This document shows, in pieces, positions 26,379-36,345 of a stretch of DNA of 64,000 bases (position 1 is its first letter; every line of letters starts with the position of its first letter). Below the pieces are notes generated by a model that searched no databases, was not told where the DNA came from, and saw only the letters and a list, made by a program, of their open reading frames with translations. The DNA is from an uncultured bacterium (GTDB taxonomy: Bacteria; Muiribacteriota; Ozemobacteria; Ozemobacterales; Ozemobacteraceae): positions 700,618-764,617 of the forward strand of contig CALEDQ010000008.1 of NCBI GenBank assembly GCA_937949615.1, in the 5' to 3' direction. Position numbers and translations under genes: made by a program.

Positions 26379-28556
26379 TTGAAAACGATTATCAGAGCAT
26401 CCCTGCTGTGTTTCCTTTGTTTTCTCGTTCTGGTCAACACAGGAAATTCTGCAGTAGTAACCCTTTCAGACGGTTCTACTCAAGAAGCGGACAAAGTAAC
26501 CTACAGAAACGACACGGTCATCATGCAGCTTGGCTCTGAAACAGTCGAGCTTGCGAGAAATGACGTAAAGAACATCAGTTTCAGCGCCCGTCAGCAAAAA
26601 AAAGAAAACATGGCGACCGACAGCAGTGACCTCGCCGCTTTTATGCCCAGAGCTCTCGAACTTTTGAAAAAATTTCCCGATGCCCAGTCGATACTGGTCA
26701 GCGAAGAAGGCAACTACCAGCACCGCAAGGACGGCACGAACCTTTCGCGCTACCGAAGTATTTCTTATATCGCCAAAGAAGAAGCACTCTGGGAGGCTCA
26801 GGTTTCGCTCAGCTTCGACCCGAACCGAGAGCGCATCAGAGTTCTGCACGCCAGATGCCTGCTGCCTGACGGCACCGTTCACAACCTGCAGCCCGAACAG
26901 ATAAAAATTTCAAAGGGGACCTCTGGCAGCGTCTTCTTCGACCAGTATCAGGAGCTCAGCTTCACTATCCCTGAAGTTGCGGTCGGCAGCCTTGTCGATT
27001 ACTGCTACGAAACCGAAGAATACAACCCCTTCGATCCGAATCTTTTTCAGGGTCGCAACTACTTTCAGTGGAGCGCGCCGGTAGGTGAATCGATACTGCG
27101 CGTCAGCGTTCCGCACGAAAAAGAGCTGCATTATGTTGCCTATAACTGCCCGGCAGAACTGGCCAAACCTGAAAAAATCGAGGCGGTTGATTCGGTCGTT
27201 TACACCTGGAAAATGACCGATCTGCCTCCCGTAATTTCTGAACCGTTCATGCCACCCTACCGTGATGTCGTTCCGTGCGTTTATTACAGTCTGCACAAAG
27301 ACTTCACCTATGTTCACAACAAGCTCAGACCAATGTTAGAAAAACGCTTTCAACTGACCGACATGGTCAAGAAAAAGGTCGATGAACTCGTCGAAGGGGC
27401 TAAGGATCTGAACGAAAAAATAGCACGACTCTATCTTTTCTGCCAGAAAGAGATCAGATATATCTCAATCAAGGGCAACCTGGCAAGCAACCAGGTCGGG
27501 CACCCGGCTGAAGAGACCCTGAAAAACCGCTATGGCGATTGCACCGACAAAGGCATGCTGCTTGCCACCATGCTCAAACACATTGGCGTCGAAGCCTACC
27601 CGGTCGGCGTCAGAACCAACGATGCCGGTAAAGCCGTCAGAGATATCTCAGTGTTCGACGACAATCACTGCATCACCGAAGTGCATCTCGACGGCCGCAT
27701 CTTCTACCTCGACTCAACCGCAACAGATTATCGCTACCCCTACTTCAGATCTGATGATCACGACACGATTGCCGACAACACCATGCTTGGCACACGCAAC
27801 CAGGTGCCGCTTCCGCCGCCAGAAGACAATGCCGTGCACGTTACCCGCAACATTACTCTTTCAGCCGACGGTACGACCCACATCGACTTCGAGAGCACAC
27901 AGAACGGTTCTTCTGAAGCCAGTTTTCGCGAATCGGCGCGCAACCTGAAACCCGAAGAATACGAAAGGCAGATCAGAGAGTCGGTTTCGGCCCTGACCGC
28001 CGACTATGTTCTAGAAGTCGCCACTCACACTGATCCGCTCGACTTCAACACTCAGTTCAAGGCACGCTCAGCCTATACTCTCAACCGTTTTGCCACCAAA
28101 TCAGGGCGCTACATGATCTTCTCTGTGCCCTATTTCGAACTCGGGTTCTCTGAAGTAAGCCTGCAGAAAAGACGTTACGACATTCAATACAGTACCTCAC
28201 GCCTGCGAACCGATCAGGTCTCGATCAAGCTGCCCGAAACCTTCAACGTCAAATTTCTGCCACCGGCGCTCAGAGTTCAGAGCCCCTATGTCGAATTCGA
28301 AATCATTTATGACCAGCAGGGCGACACCATCAACATCAGCCGCAAGCTGGCCTTTCCGCGCAGAATCGTACCAGTGGCCGATTATCAGGCCTTCAAGAAC
28401 GATCTCGAAAAGATTGCTCATTCGTCAAAACAGAAAATCTTTCTTGAAGAAAATGAAGAAAAGGCTGAACCCGCTCAGAACGCATCAGAAACCACTGATA
28501 TTACTGACAATGCCTCTGCCACCGAACCAGTCACCAGTGAAGGAGACAGCAAATGA
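26379..28556 (+). CDS. Secreted DUF3857-like / transglutaminase-like cysteine-protease-fold protein (catalytic triad intact)
   Basis: Preferred start is TTG 26379 with GGAGG 6 nt upstream and a TATAAT at 26343-26348. The ORF-track start 26316 lies upstream of that -10. Signal peptide. Core motif RYGDCTDKGMLLATMLKHIGVEAYPV..DDNHCITEV..FYLDSTA supplies Cys, His and Asp. Confidence 0.75.
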   Translation: MKTIIRASLLCFLCFLVLVNTGNSAVVTLSDGSTQEADKVTYRNDTVIMQLGSETVELARNDVKNISFSARQQKKENMATDSSDLAAFMPRALELLKKFPDAQSILVSEEGNYQHRKDGTNLSRYRSISYIAKEEALWEAQVSLSFDPNRERIRVLHARCLLPDGTVHNLQPEQIKISKGTSGSVFFDQYQELSFTIPEVAVGSLVDYCYETEEYNPFDPNLFQGRNYFQWSAPVGESILRVSVPHEKELHYVAYNCPAELAKPEKIEAVDSVVYTWKMTDLPPVISEPFMPPYRDVVPCVYYSLHKDFTYVHNKLRPMLEKRFQLTDMVKKKVDELVEGAKDLNEKIARLYLFCQKEIRYISIKGNLASNQVGHPAEETLKNRYGDCTDKGMLLATMLKHIGVEAYPVGVRTNDAGKAVRDISVFDDNHCITEVHLDGRIFYLDSTATDYRYPYFRSDDHDTIADNTMLGTRNQVPLPPPEDNAVHVTRNITLSADGTTHIDFESTQNGSSEASFRESARNLKPEEYERQIRESVSALTADYVLEVATHTDPLDFNTQFKARSAYTLNRFATKSGRYMIFSVPYFELGFSEVSLQKRRYDIQYSTSRLRTDQVSIKLPETFNVKFLPPALRVQSPYVEFEIIYDQQGDTINISRKLAFPRRIVPVADYQAFKNDLEKIAHSSKQKIFLEENEEKAEPAQNASETTDITDNASATEPVTSEGDSK

Positions 28557-30775
28557 AAAAGCTGCTGATAACTCTCATTCTTGCTCTTACAGTCACTTTT
28601 GCAGCCAGCGCCGACGTTCTCTATCTCAACGAAGGTGAAGAAATAGTTGGTAGTCTCAAGGAGATCGCCGACGGCAGAATCGCTTTTGAAGAGCTCAACC
28701 ATGGCCCGCGCGAATTCAAAGAGGCAGAAGTCGCCCACATTCTCATTTCGAAAGTTCGCAAGGGCGACGAAATTGAAAACGTCGCCAGTATTACCGAACC
28801 GGTAGCGAGCGGCATTCTCAAGACCCTGCCCGACCCGGCGCTTTTTCAGAATGCTGATTACGTGACTCTTTACCGGCTGAATGACCTCGAATACGTTTCA
28901 GAAAACAAGCTGATCGTCCGAACCCGCGAGATAATACAGATTCTCAAAGAGCCCGGCCTGGAAATGGCCAACCAGTCTTTCTACTATTACACTGACCGCG
29001 AAGCCTGCGAACTTGAGTATGCCCACACTTACTCACCAGAAGGTCGGGTTTATCATGTTACCGACGATGCAATTTCTGATGAATCGCTTCTGTCGGGCAC
29101 TCCTGAATACGCCAGAATCAAAAAATTCAAAATGGCTCTGAAAAAAGTCGATATCGGCAGTATCATCGACTACAGTTTCGTTCGCGAGCTTTCTGGCATC
29201 GATGAAGTGCAGCCGTTTACTCTCTCAAACACCTTCGGTGAACGAGAACCGGTTCTGCATGAAGAGCTATCGGTAACTTTTCCGGCCAGCATGCAGCTGA
29301 ATAAACTGCAGATGCAATGGACCGGCGAAAATACCCCCAAATTTCTTGAAAAAACCCAGGGTGACAAAAAAGCCTGGAAATGGATTTTTTCTGATCCCAA
29401 AGGTTTCATTCCTGAACAGAATATGCTGGCGCGCAGCCGCATTTTCCCGCGAGTCGTAATTTATCAGCCATACAGCTGGGAAACAACCGCAAAAAAGCTT
29501 GCCGCAGCCTATGATGCCGCCCGCCCGACGCCAGCCCTGCTCGATGATTTTATCGCCAGAGCCAGACTTAACGATAAAATGACCACCTACCAGAAAGTCT
29601 GCCGACTCTACGAAACGATCAACAAAGACATTCGCGATGTCGGCATGGGAATTCCGCAGATGGGCAGCTTCAAACCGGTATCGACCAATGTGACCCTCAC
29701 CAAAAAATATGGTAACGTTCAATCGAATCTCGCCCTGCTGCATTTTGCACTGCAAAAGATCGGTGTCGAATCATACCCCGGTTTCACAGCTGGTAAACGA
29801 GAGCTGGTTACCGTCAAAGATCACAATAGTCTTGGTCTGGCCGATGAAACTATTTTGAAAATTATCATCGACGACCAGCCATTTTACACTGACGGCGGCT
29901 CGATTTATCTGCCTTTCTCGTATATTCCGACCTACCTGCAGGGCGCGGTTGCTGTTTTTCACGATGCGGCCGGCGGCAAATTCTTTTATGACAAACTGCC
30001 GCTCCAGACCTTCGACTGGAACCGCTTTGACCGCACGGTTATGGTAAAAATTCTCGAAAACGGCAACATGGACGTTCAGGAATCACTTCTCTATCGTGGC
30101 CCATACGAAGCCGGCATTCGCGAGCTGAAGTCGATCAAGGAAAAAGAAAAACAGAACTATGCCGAACGCCGTGTTAAAAAGGTTCACCCGCGCGCAGTTC
30201 TGCAGAGTTTCGGTTTTTCTGACATGAACGACCTCAACGGGCCAGCAGTGCTGACCCTGAAATACACGATACCTGAAGCAGCTCAGCTGGCCTCAGACAA
30301 AATCATGACCTTCACCAACTTCTGGGTAAACTACGATTCTGGTTCTGCCAGCCTTGCAACGCGAACATACCCGATGCAGTACTGGGCCACAGAAGAAAAT
30401 CAGCAGACCATAGTTTTTGAAATGCCGGAAAATTTCAACTGGGTTACCTGGAGCAAGCAGTATCAGCATGTGTCGCCGGCACTGACCTTCATGTCGAACC
30501 TCAATCAGAACGGGCGGCAGCTGATCTACTCAGACCGTTTCATCGCCAGAGCAGATGAATTCTTGAGCGACGCCGCCTATCAGAATTATCGCCAGTGCAT
30601 TCTGACGATGAGCGAACTGGCCAACCAGTGGATAATTCTTGAAAAAACGGAACCAGAAAAGAAAGAAGCGTCAGAACCAGCATCAGAAGCTGCAAAAAAA
30701 ACTGCCGAGTCTGCCAAAAACACTGAAGATTCAGCAGATGAAGACAATAAAGCAGAAACCGAAGATTCTGAATGA
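28553..30775 (+). CDS. Secreted paralog of the preceding transglutaminase-like protein that lacks the catalytic Cys and His (pseudoenzyme)
   Basis: ATGA overlap with the upstream gene. Signal peptide MKKLLITLILALTVTFAASA. The aligned core KKYGNVQSNLALLHFALQKIGVESYPG..LADETILKI..FYTDGGS has Val and Glu at the Cys and His positions. Confidence 0.7.
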   Translation: MKKLLITLILALTVTFAASADVLYLNEGEEIVGSLKEIADGRIAFEELNHGPREFKEAEVAHILISKVRKGDEIENVASITEPVASGILKTLPDPALFQNADYVTLYRLNDLEYVSENKLIVRTREIIQILKEPGLEMANQSFYYYTDREACELEYAHTYSPEGRVYHVTDDAISDESLLSGTPEYARIKKFKMALKKVDIGSIIDYSFVRELSGIDEVQPFTLSNTFGEREPVLHEELSVTFPASMQLNKLQMQWTGENTPKFLEKTQGDKKAWKWIFSDPKGFIPEQNMLARSRIFPRVVIYQPYSWETTAKKLAAAYDAARPTPALLDDFIARARLNDKMTTYQKVCRLYETINKDIRDVGMGIPQMGSFKPVSTNVTLTKKYGNVQSNLALLHFALQKIGVESYPGFTAGKRELVTVKDHNSLGLADETILKIIIDDQPFYTDGGSIYLPFSYIPTYLQGAVAVFHDAAGGKFFYDKLPLQTFDWNRFDRTVMVKILENGNMDVQESLLYRGPYEAGIRELKSIKEKEKQNYAERRVKKVHPRAVLQSFGFSDMNDLNGPAVLTLKYTIPEAAQLASDKIMTFTNFWVNYDSGSASLATRTYPMQYWATEENQQTIVFEMPENFNWVTWSKQYQHVSPALTFMSNLNQNGRQLIYSDRFIARADEFLSDAAYQNYRQCILTMSELANQWIILEKTEPEKKEASEPASEAAKKTAESAKNTEDSADEDNKAETEDSE

Positions 30776-32571
30776 CCTCAGAACCTGCCATCATTAACCG
30801 AATTACAGCACCACTGGCCGCCTGGCTGGTGGTGTTTGTTTTTCCTTTTCTGTATTTTTTCAGCGAACTGCATGCCACGTTTTTGCTTGAAATCGTCGTC
30901 GGAGCCGGGGCAACCTGGTTTGGCCTGCAGCTGTTGAGACGTCAGCTCTGCCTGAGCGTTCAGATCCGTTCCGTGATGTTTCTGGTTATGGTCTGGCTGT
31001 TTCTCGCTGCCAGAAGTGTCTGGGTGTCGGTTGACCCGACCGTTTCATGGCCGGTTTTTATCAAAGCCGCCGCTCTCGGTCTGGCAAGTCTGGTTATTTC
31101 TGCTCTTCTCGCATCTACAGATAATTATGTGGCATTTTACCGGGCAGCTGCCTGGGCCGGCATCATTCATGGCGTTATTGCGATTCACGAATATATCGAA
31201 GCACCGTCAATTCCTCTGACATGGCTCGATCCGGCGGCACGCAGCCTGTTTCGTACCAGATGTGCCGGTATTTTTACCGACCCGAATATTTTTGCCGCAT
31301 TTCTCGCTGCCCTATTCGTTTTCAGCCTCGGCCTGCTGCTCAATGCCGACAGTCGTTCTGAACGGGTTCTGGCAGCTGCTGCCCTTCTGGCTGAAGGGCT
31401 TGCCATTTTTACGACTCTGAGCCGCGGCGGCTGGATCGCTCTTACTGCCGGGCTTTTTACCGCTGCTATTCTTATAGCGCGGCATCGAGCACGTCTCAGC
31501 CATGGGTTCTGGCGGCCATTGCTGTTTGTTGGCCTGCTTCTTACTGCTGTCTTCTTTGTCGGACCATTCAAGATGCGCTTTTTGAGCATCGGCAATCCGC
31601 AGGATATGACTTTTGCACAACGCACTCTGATAAACAAAGGCATATTTGCGGCATTGAGGCGCTTTCCAATCGCCGGGCACGGTCTGCACAGTTTTAACCA
31701 GGTTTATCCCCGCTACCGCATTGTCGGCGGCGATTACCCGATGAATGCTCACAATGAATTCATTCACAGCATGATCGAAACCGGTTTTCTTTCGGCCGCC
31801 ATTCTTGCCCTGACAACGATTGTGCTGCTCAAAACCTCCTGGCAAAGCCAAACGAAACATACGCATCAGGCTCTCTTCACCGCTGTTTTTGTATCATTGC
31901 TGATTCATAATTTAAGCGGCTTTTCATCGCGAATTCTACCAACATCGCTTCTAGTATCGATTTCGATTGCGGGCATACTTGCCCCGCATTTCAGATGCAA
32001 GAAACAAAGCTCATCAAAACCTTTGGCAATAACAACCGGTACCGTCACCCTGCTCATGGCCGCAACACTTCTGGCAACAGCCCCGATCAGTCTGTGGCAG
32101 CAGACAACTCTTTCAGAGGCCGATATGCTTCTTCGCTCCGGTAACTTGCCCGCGGCCATCAGCCTGTTAGATAAATTTGTCAGGGAAAATCCCCGCAATG
32201 CCAATGCGCTTGCACTGCTCGCCGGCGCAACACTGGCTATCAATAAACCAGAAGCCGCTGCAGAATTTTTCAAAAAAGCGGCGGCACTGAATCCAAACGA
32301 AGCCCTGTTTTTTATAAGTCTGGCCAGACTGGCCAGAAGAAGCGATACTGCTGAGGCAGAAAGGTTATATCAGCAGGCTTTACAGCTCGACCCGGCTTCG
32401 GAACAGTTCAGACTTGAGTTTGCCCTTTTCCTGAAGATGGCCGGGAGAACCTCTGAAGCACTCGGGCAGGTTCTTATCGGGCTCACTTACTCGCCGGGTT
32501 TTCATGATGTCTATAAGGGCTTCAGAGAACTCGAAAAACTTAAAGCTGAATTGACTACACCGGGCCCCTGA
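30772..32571 (+). CDS. Polytopic Wzy_C / O-antigen-ligase-like membrane protein with C-terminal TPR repeats
   Basis: ATGA overlap with the upstream gene. At least 10 hydrophobic segments. Family-like segment GHGLHSFNQVYPRY..NAHNEFIHSMIETGFLS. C-terminal TPR-like repeats (NPRNANALALLAG.., LNPNEALFF.., LDPASEQFR..). Confidence 0.7.
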   Translation: MTSEPAIINRITAPLAAWLVVFVFPFLYFFSELHATFLLEIVVGAGATWFGLQLLRRQLCLSVQIRSVMFLVMVWLFLAARSVWVSVDPTVSWPVFIKAAALGLASLVISALLASTDNYVAFYRAAAWAGIIHGVIAIHEYIEAPSIPLTWLDPAARSLFRTRCAGIFTDPNIFAAFLAALFVFSLGLLLNADSRSERVLAAAALLAEGLAIFTTLSRGGWIALTAGLFTAAILIARHRARLSHGFWRPLLFVGLLLTAVFFVGPFKMRFLSIGNPQDMTFAQRTLINKGIFAALRRFPIAGHGLHSFNQVYPRYRIVGGDYPMNAHNEFIHSMIETGFLSAAILALTTIVLLKTSWQSQTKHTHQALFTAVFVSLLIHNLSGFSSRILPTSLLVSISIAGILAPHFRCKKQSSSKPLAITTGTVTLLMAATLLATAPISLWQQTTLSEADMLLRSGNLPAAISLLDKFVRENPRNANALALLAGATLAINKPEAAAEFFKKAAALNPNEALFFISLARLARRSDTAEAERLYQQALQLDPASEQFRLEFALFLKMAGRTSEALGQVLIGLTYSPGFHDVYKGFRELEKLKAELTTPGP

Positions 32572-32619
32572 TTTTTTATTCAGGTCAGAACCTGCATCTG
32601 CCGATATTATTCCTGAATC

Positions 32620-35600
32620 ATGATAAAGAGAATAATAAAGGCAACGATCCTCCTTGCTTTTCTGCTGCCGGTGCATCTGCCGGCGGCAATGGACTTTATT
32701 TTCGAAGAAAGCATCTCGCAGTCACTGACGCGAATGGAATCTCTCTATACCGCCGGCAAATGGGATGAAGCAATGAATGTCGGGCGCGGTATCATCAAGG
32801 ATGCCCCGAAGGATCACCCGGCAGCCAGGCGCGCTCAGGATCTTATCGTGCTCTCGATCGACGGGCGCAATCACGAAATCCTTGCCAACCAGAGCCGCGA
32901 CCAGCAGAAAAAGCAGCAGGAAACCGCTCAACAGCTGGTAACCGAAGGCAGCAAACTGCTGACCGAAAAAAGTTACCCGGCGGCGGCTGAAAAGTTTGCC
33001 AGAGCTGTGCGTCTGCACGGCGGTGACGCCCAGAGCTACTTTTTGCTGGGATATGCCAGTCTTAAGGCCGACAAGCGCAAAGAAGCCTATAATGCTCTGC
33101 GGCAGTGCCTCAAGCTCAACCCGGCGCATGAGCGGGCCCTGTTTCATATCGCCGGCCTCAGTTATGAATTCAATCACAGCACCGAAGCCGAAGACTATGC
33201 CGCCCGTCTGATCGAGGCCATCGAAAAAAAGATTAACGAATACCGCGACATTTTTCTCGATCAGCGATCAAAAGGCATGAATGATCAGGCGGTGGCAACT
33301 GCCCGCAAAATGGCGGCCCTGCGCAGCAATCTTGCGCAAGCTTCCTTTATGCATGGTGTTCTCACCTATAAGCGCAAAGATTTTAAGGCTGCGGTCGTTT
33401 CGTTCGAAAAAGCTACCAAGCTCAATCCATCTTCTGCTGACAACTGGTTCAGACTCGGCAGTACTTTTCTGCAGCTTAAAGTCTATCACCAGGCGACAGT
33501 CGCCATTGAACAGGCAATTCTGATCAGAGAAACACTGCTCAAGGATCTTGCCGCCAATGCCGGGCGCCTTCTCGATGCCGGTAAAAGCGATGAGGCAGTC
33601 GAGGCCGAGTTGAAAACGCGCAAGCTTAAAGATGAGATTGCCCGTTCCCTTTATGTTCTTGCGATTGCCAATGGCCGCAAAAAAGAGACCGATTCAGCGA
33701 TACGCAATATTGAACGGGCACTCGAACTGAAACCGGATTTTGTTCAGGGGCGTTATACGCGCGCCATTCTTCTCGCCGAAAAGAACTATCTTGAAGAAGC
33801 TCTCGAACAGATGCGGCAGGTGCTGAAAGACAGCCCGCCTAAAAGCGAACAGGCCAAAAAAGCTATCAGAACCATCACCTTTCTGATGGATCAGATTGCC
33901 CGCCGTGATAACCCTTCTGAAGTTGCTGCTGTTGCAAAGACTGAAAAAATGATCGAAGTCGAGCAATATGTCAAGGATATGCCAGGTATCGGCGGCAAAG
34001 AAGCAGAAACCAGGCTTGAAGATGTGTTTCCGAAACTGCGCGAAGTTAATCAGCTTGTGACGATGCGCAACCACGCCGAAGCGGTGCGAAGACTGCTGTA
34101 TCTGCGCACTCAGCACCCTGATATTGCAGAAATTCATGCAATTCTTGGCCACTGTTATATGGAAATGGGGCGAATCGACGATGCGGCAAAATGCTTCGAA
34201 GAAGCTATAGCCGTTCAACCTGATCATGCCGAAGCTCTCAACGGCCTGGCCTACATCATGGCTACCAAAGTCGAAAATCTCGACATGGCGCTTAAATACA
34301 TCAGGCAGGCGTTGGCCATTGACGGACTGCGCCCCGAGTTTTATCACACGCTCGGCTGGGTTCATTTCAAGACCGGCGAAGTACAGAAGGCAATCGACGC
34401 CTTCAGCCGAGCTCTTGAAATCAAGCCGAACTATCTGCTTGCCCGTTACAACCTCGGCCTGGCCAATTACATAACCCAGAACTATCAGGCGGCAATAGCG
34501 GCTTTTAATGCTGTTATCGCCCAGAATCCAGCACATCACAAGGCTCTGCTTTTCAAGTCGATCAGCCTGGCCAAAACTCAGAATGCCGAAGAAGCCATCG
34601 CCACTCTCGAAAATCTGCGTGGCAAGCTCACTGAAAAGTCAGTTCTGCAAAAAGTGGTCGTCGACCTTCATGCAAAGCTGAAATTAGCCTATGAACGCCA
34701 TGCCGAACTGCCGGTACCCGAAATCAAGTCACCGGCACCGATCGAGAAACTGATGGCAGAAGCACAGGCATTCAGAGCCAAAGGACTGGTTACCCGTGCC
34801 AAAGAAAAATATCTTGAATGCCAGCGCCTTGCCCCCGAAAGATTCGAACCTCACTTTGCCCTCGGGCAGATGTATGCCGAAGCCGGTTTGAATCTGCCGG
34901 CTCTGGCCGCCTGGGAAAGAGCAGAAAAACTTAAAACCGATCATTTCCCGCTGCAGATGAGCCTGGGGAAAATGCATCACAAGCTTGGTAAAGCCGAAAA
35001 AGCCAGAGAATACTTTGACCGGGCGCAGGCGCTTAATGAAAAAGACCCTGAACCCCGTTATTATCTGGGTCTGCTTGCCTACGAAGAAAAACGCTTCGAA
35101 TCAGCCGAAAGCTACGCTCTGGCGGCCCTGCGTCTGAAGCCTGATTACTACAAAAGCATGGCACTGCTCGGCATGACCCGTATTCGCCTCAACCGGCTCA
35201 AACCAGCCCGTGATATCTACGAAACTCTTTATGCAAAAGCTCCTGCCGATTCTTCAATCCGCCGCCATGCCCGCAAAAAAATCTGGGAAATTACCAAAAT
35301 GATGGCCCCGGCACAGTATCCATCAGTAGAAGACGCTCTTGAAGTCAAAAACCAGATGGTCAGAAAAGCTACCGATGCCGACCGCAAGGTAGAGGTCAAG
35401 CCACGCCCCGAAGAAGAACTGGCAATTGCCGAATACGGCAAAAACACCATGACTCTCGAAGACAAAATGTGGGTTCTCAAGCAGCTCGAAAGATTCGGCA
35501 ATGTTTCAACACCGACGCCGATTTCACCGCTGCGGCGTGAAGTCACCGCTCAGACTCTTACAAACAGAGACAAACAGTGGGTAGTAAAAAAACTGCAGGG

Positions 35601-36345
35601 TCTCGGTGACCGCAGCAGCAAATATTCTCTGCCGGCTGAACTCAAAGCGGAAAAATTTTCTCTGAAAACCACCGAAAAAAAGGTAGAACGGAAGGCAGAC
35701 CCGGCCGACAGCTTCGTTATCAAAGCACTTGAATCGGCAGAACGCGGTTTCATTACAGAAGCGGTTATCGAGCTCAACAAAGCCCGCCAGGAATATCCGA
35801 AAAACCTCGATATTCTTCTGAACCTCGGTTTTATGCACACTGTCCAGGGCAATTTTAAAGACGCTTTCGAAGCCTACGCCAATGCAACCGTCAGCTACCC
35901 GAAAGAGTCACTCGCCCGTCTGGCTCTCGGTAACCTCTACTGGCTTGGCGGCCAGGCCGACAAAGCCGTTGAACAATGGCGACTGATCAAGGGTCAGCCG
36001 AAACCAGACACACAGTTCAATATTCTTGGGCGCACTGAAAAAATCTGGCAGCGCATGCTTGAAGTCGACCCGATGGATGTCGATGCCCATTCAAATCTTG
36101 GCCTTGTCTACATGTTCTCCGGCGAATATCGCAAGGCTCTCGCCGAGTTTCAGGCAGTCACAAAAATCGAACCTTCGCGGCGCGAACATGAGTTCTATCA
36201 GGCCCAGATCAACGTGCTTATGTATCTGCAGAAAAACAATGCCAGCAACCGCAAAGAAGCACAGAAGATTCTGCAGGGACTGGCGCAGGGTCCCGAAGCA
36301 TTCCCCCATTCAGAAAGGCTGAAAAACTTTGTTGCCAATCTGTAA
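32620..36345 (+). CDS. Large secreted TPR-repeat protein (1241 aa)
   Basis: Signal peptide MIKRIIKATILLAFLLPVHLPAA. Dozens of 34-residue TPR-type repeats (A..Y..Al.l.P....a pattern throughout). Confidence 0.8.
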   Translation: MIKRIIKATILLAFLLPVHLPAAMDFIFEESISQSLTRMESLYTAGKWDEAMNVGRGIIKDAPKDHPAARRAQDLIVLSIDGRNHEILANQSRDQQKKQQETAQQLVTEGSKLLTEKSYPAAAEKFARAVRLHGGDAQSYFLLGYASLKADKRKEAYNALRQCLKLNPAHERALFHIAGLSYEFNHSTEAEDYAARLIEAIEKKINEYRDIFLDQRSKGMNDQAVATARKMAALRSNLAQASFMHGVLTYKRKDFKAAVVSFEKATKLNPSSADNWFRLGSTFLQLKVYHQATVAIEQAILIRETLLKDLAANAGRLLDAGKSDEAVEAELKTRKLKDEIARSLYVLAIANGRKKETDSAIRNIERALELKPDFVQGRYTRAILLAEKNYLEEALEQMRQVLKDSPPKSEQAKKAIRTITFLMDQIARRDNPSEVAAVAKTEKMIEVEQYVKDMPGIGGKEAETRLEDVFPKLREVNQLVTMRNHAEAVRRLLYLRTQHPDIAEIHAILGHCYMEMGRIDDAAKCFEEAIAVQPDHAEALNGLAYIMATKVENLDMALKYIRQALAIDGLRPEFYHTLGWVHFKTGEVQKAIDAFSRALEIKPNYLLARYNLGLANYITQNYQAAIAAFNAVIAQNPAHHKALLFKSISLAKTQNAEEAIATLENLRGKLTEKSVLQKVVVDLHAKLKLAYERHAELPVPEIKSPAPIEKLMAEAQAFRAKGLVTRAKEKYLECQRLAPERFEPHFALGQMYAEAGLNLPALAAWERAEKLKTDHFPLQMSLGKMHHKLGKAEKAREYFDRAQALNEKDPEPRYYLGLLAYEEKRFESAESYALAALRLKPDYYKSMALLGMTRIRLNRLKPARDIYETLYAKAPADSSIRRHARKKIWEITKMMAPAQYPSVEDALEVKNQMVRKATDADRKVEVKPRPEEELAIAEYGKNTMTLEDKMWVLKQLERFGNVSTPTPISPLRREVTAQTLTNRDKQWVVKKLQGLGDRSSKYSLPAELKAEKFSLKTTEKKVERKADPADSFVIKALESAERGFITEAVIELNKARQEYPKNLDILLNLGFMHTVQGNFKDAFEAYANATVSYPKESLARLALGNLYWLGGQADKAVEQWRLIKGQPKPDTQFNILGRTEKIWQRMLEVDPMDVDAHSNLGLVYMFSGEYRKALAEFQAVTKIEPSRREHEFYQAQINVLMYLQKNNASNRKEAQKILQGLAQGPEAFPHSERLKNFVANL

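Noticed and set aside
33694-34539. 281-aa ORF antisense to the 1241-aa TPR gene, plus several 70-150 aa ORFs in the same region
   Set aside because: The plus-strand TPR periodicity is continuous through this region. The antisense product has no motif or start signals.
34821-34860. GGTTCGAATC string resembling a tRNA T-arm (minus strand)
   Set aside because: The flanking bases do not form a T-stem or acceptor stem, and the string is inside the continuous TPR coding frame.
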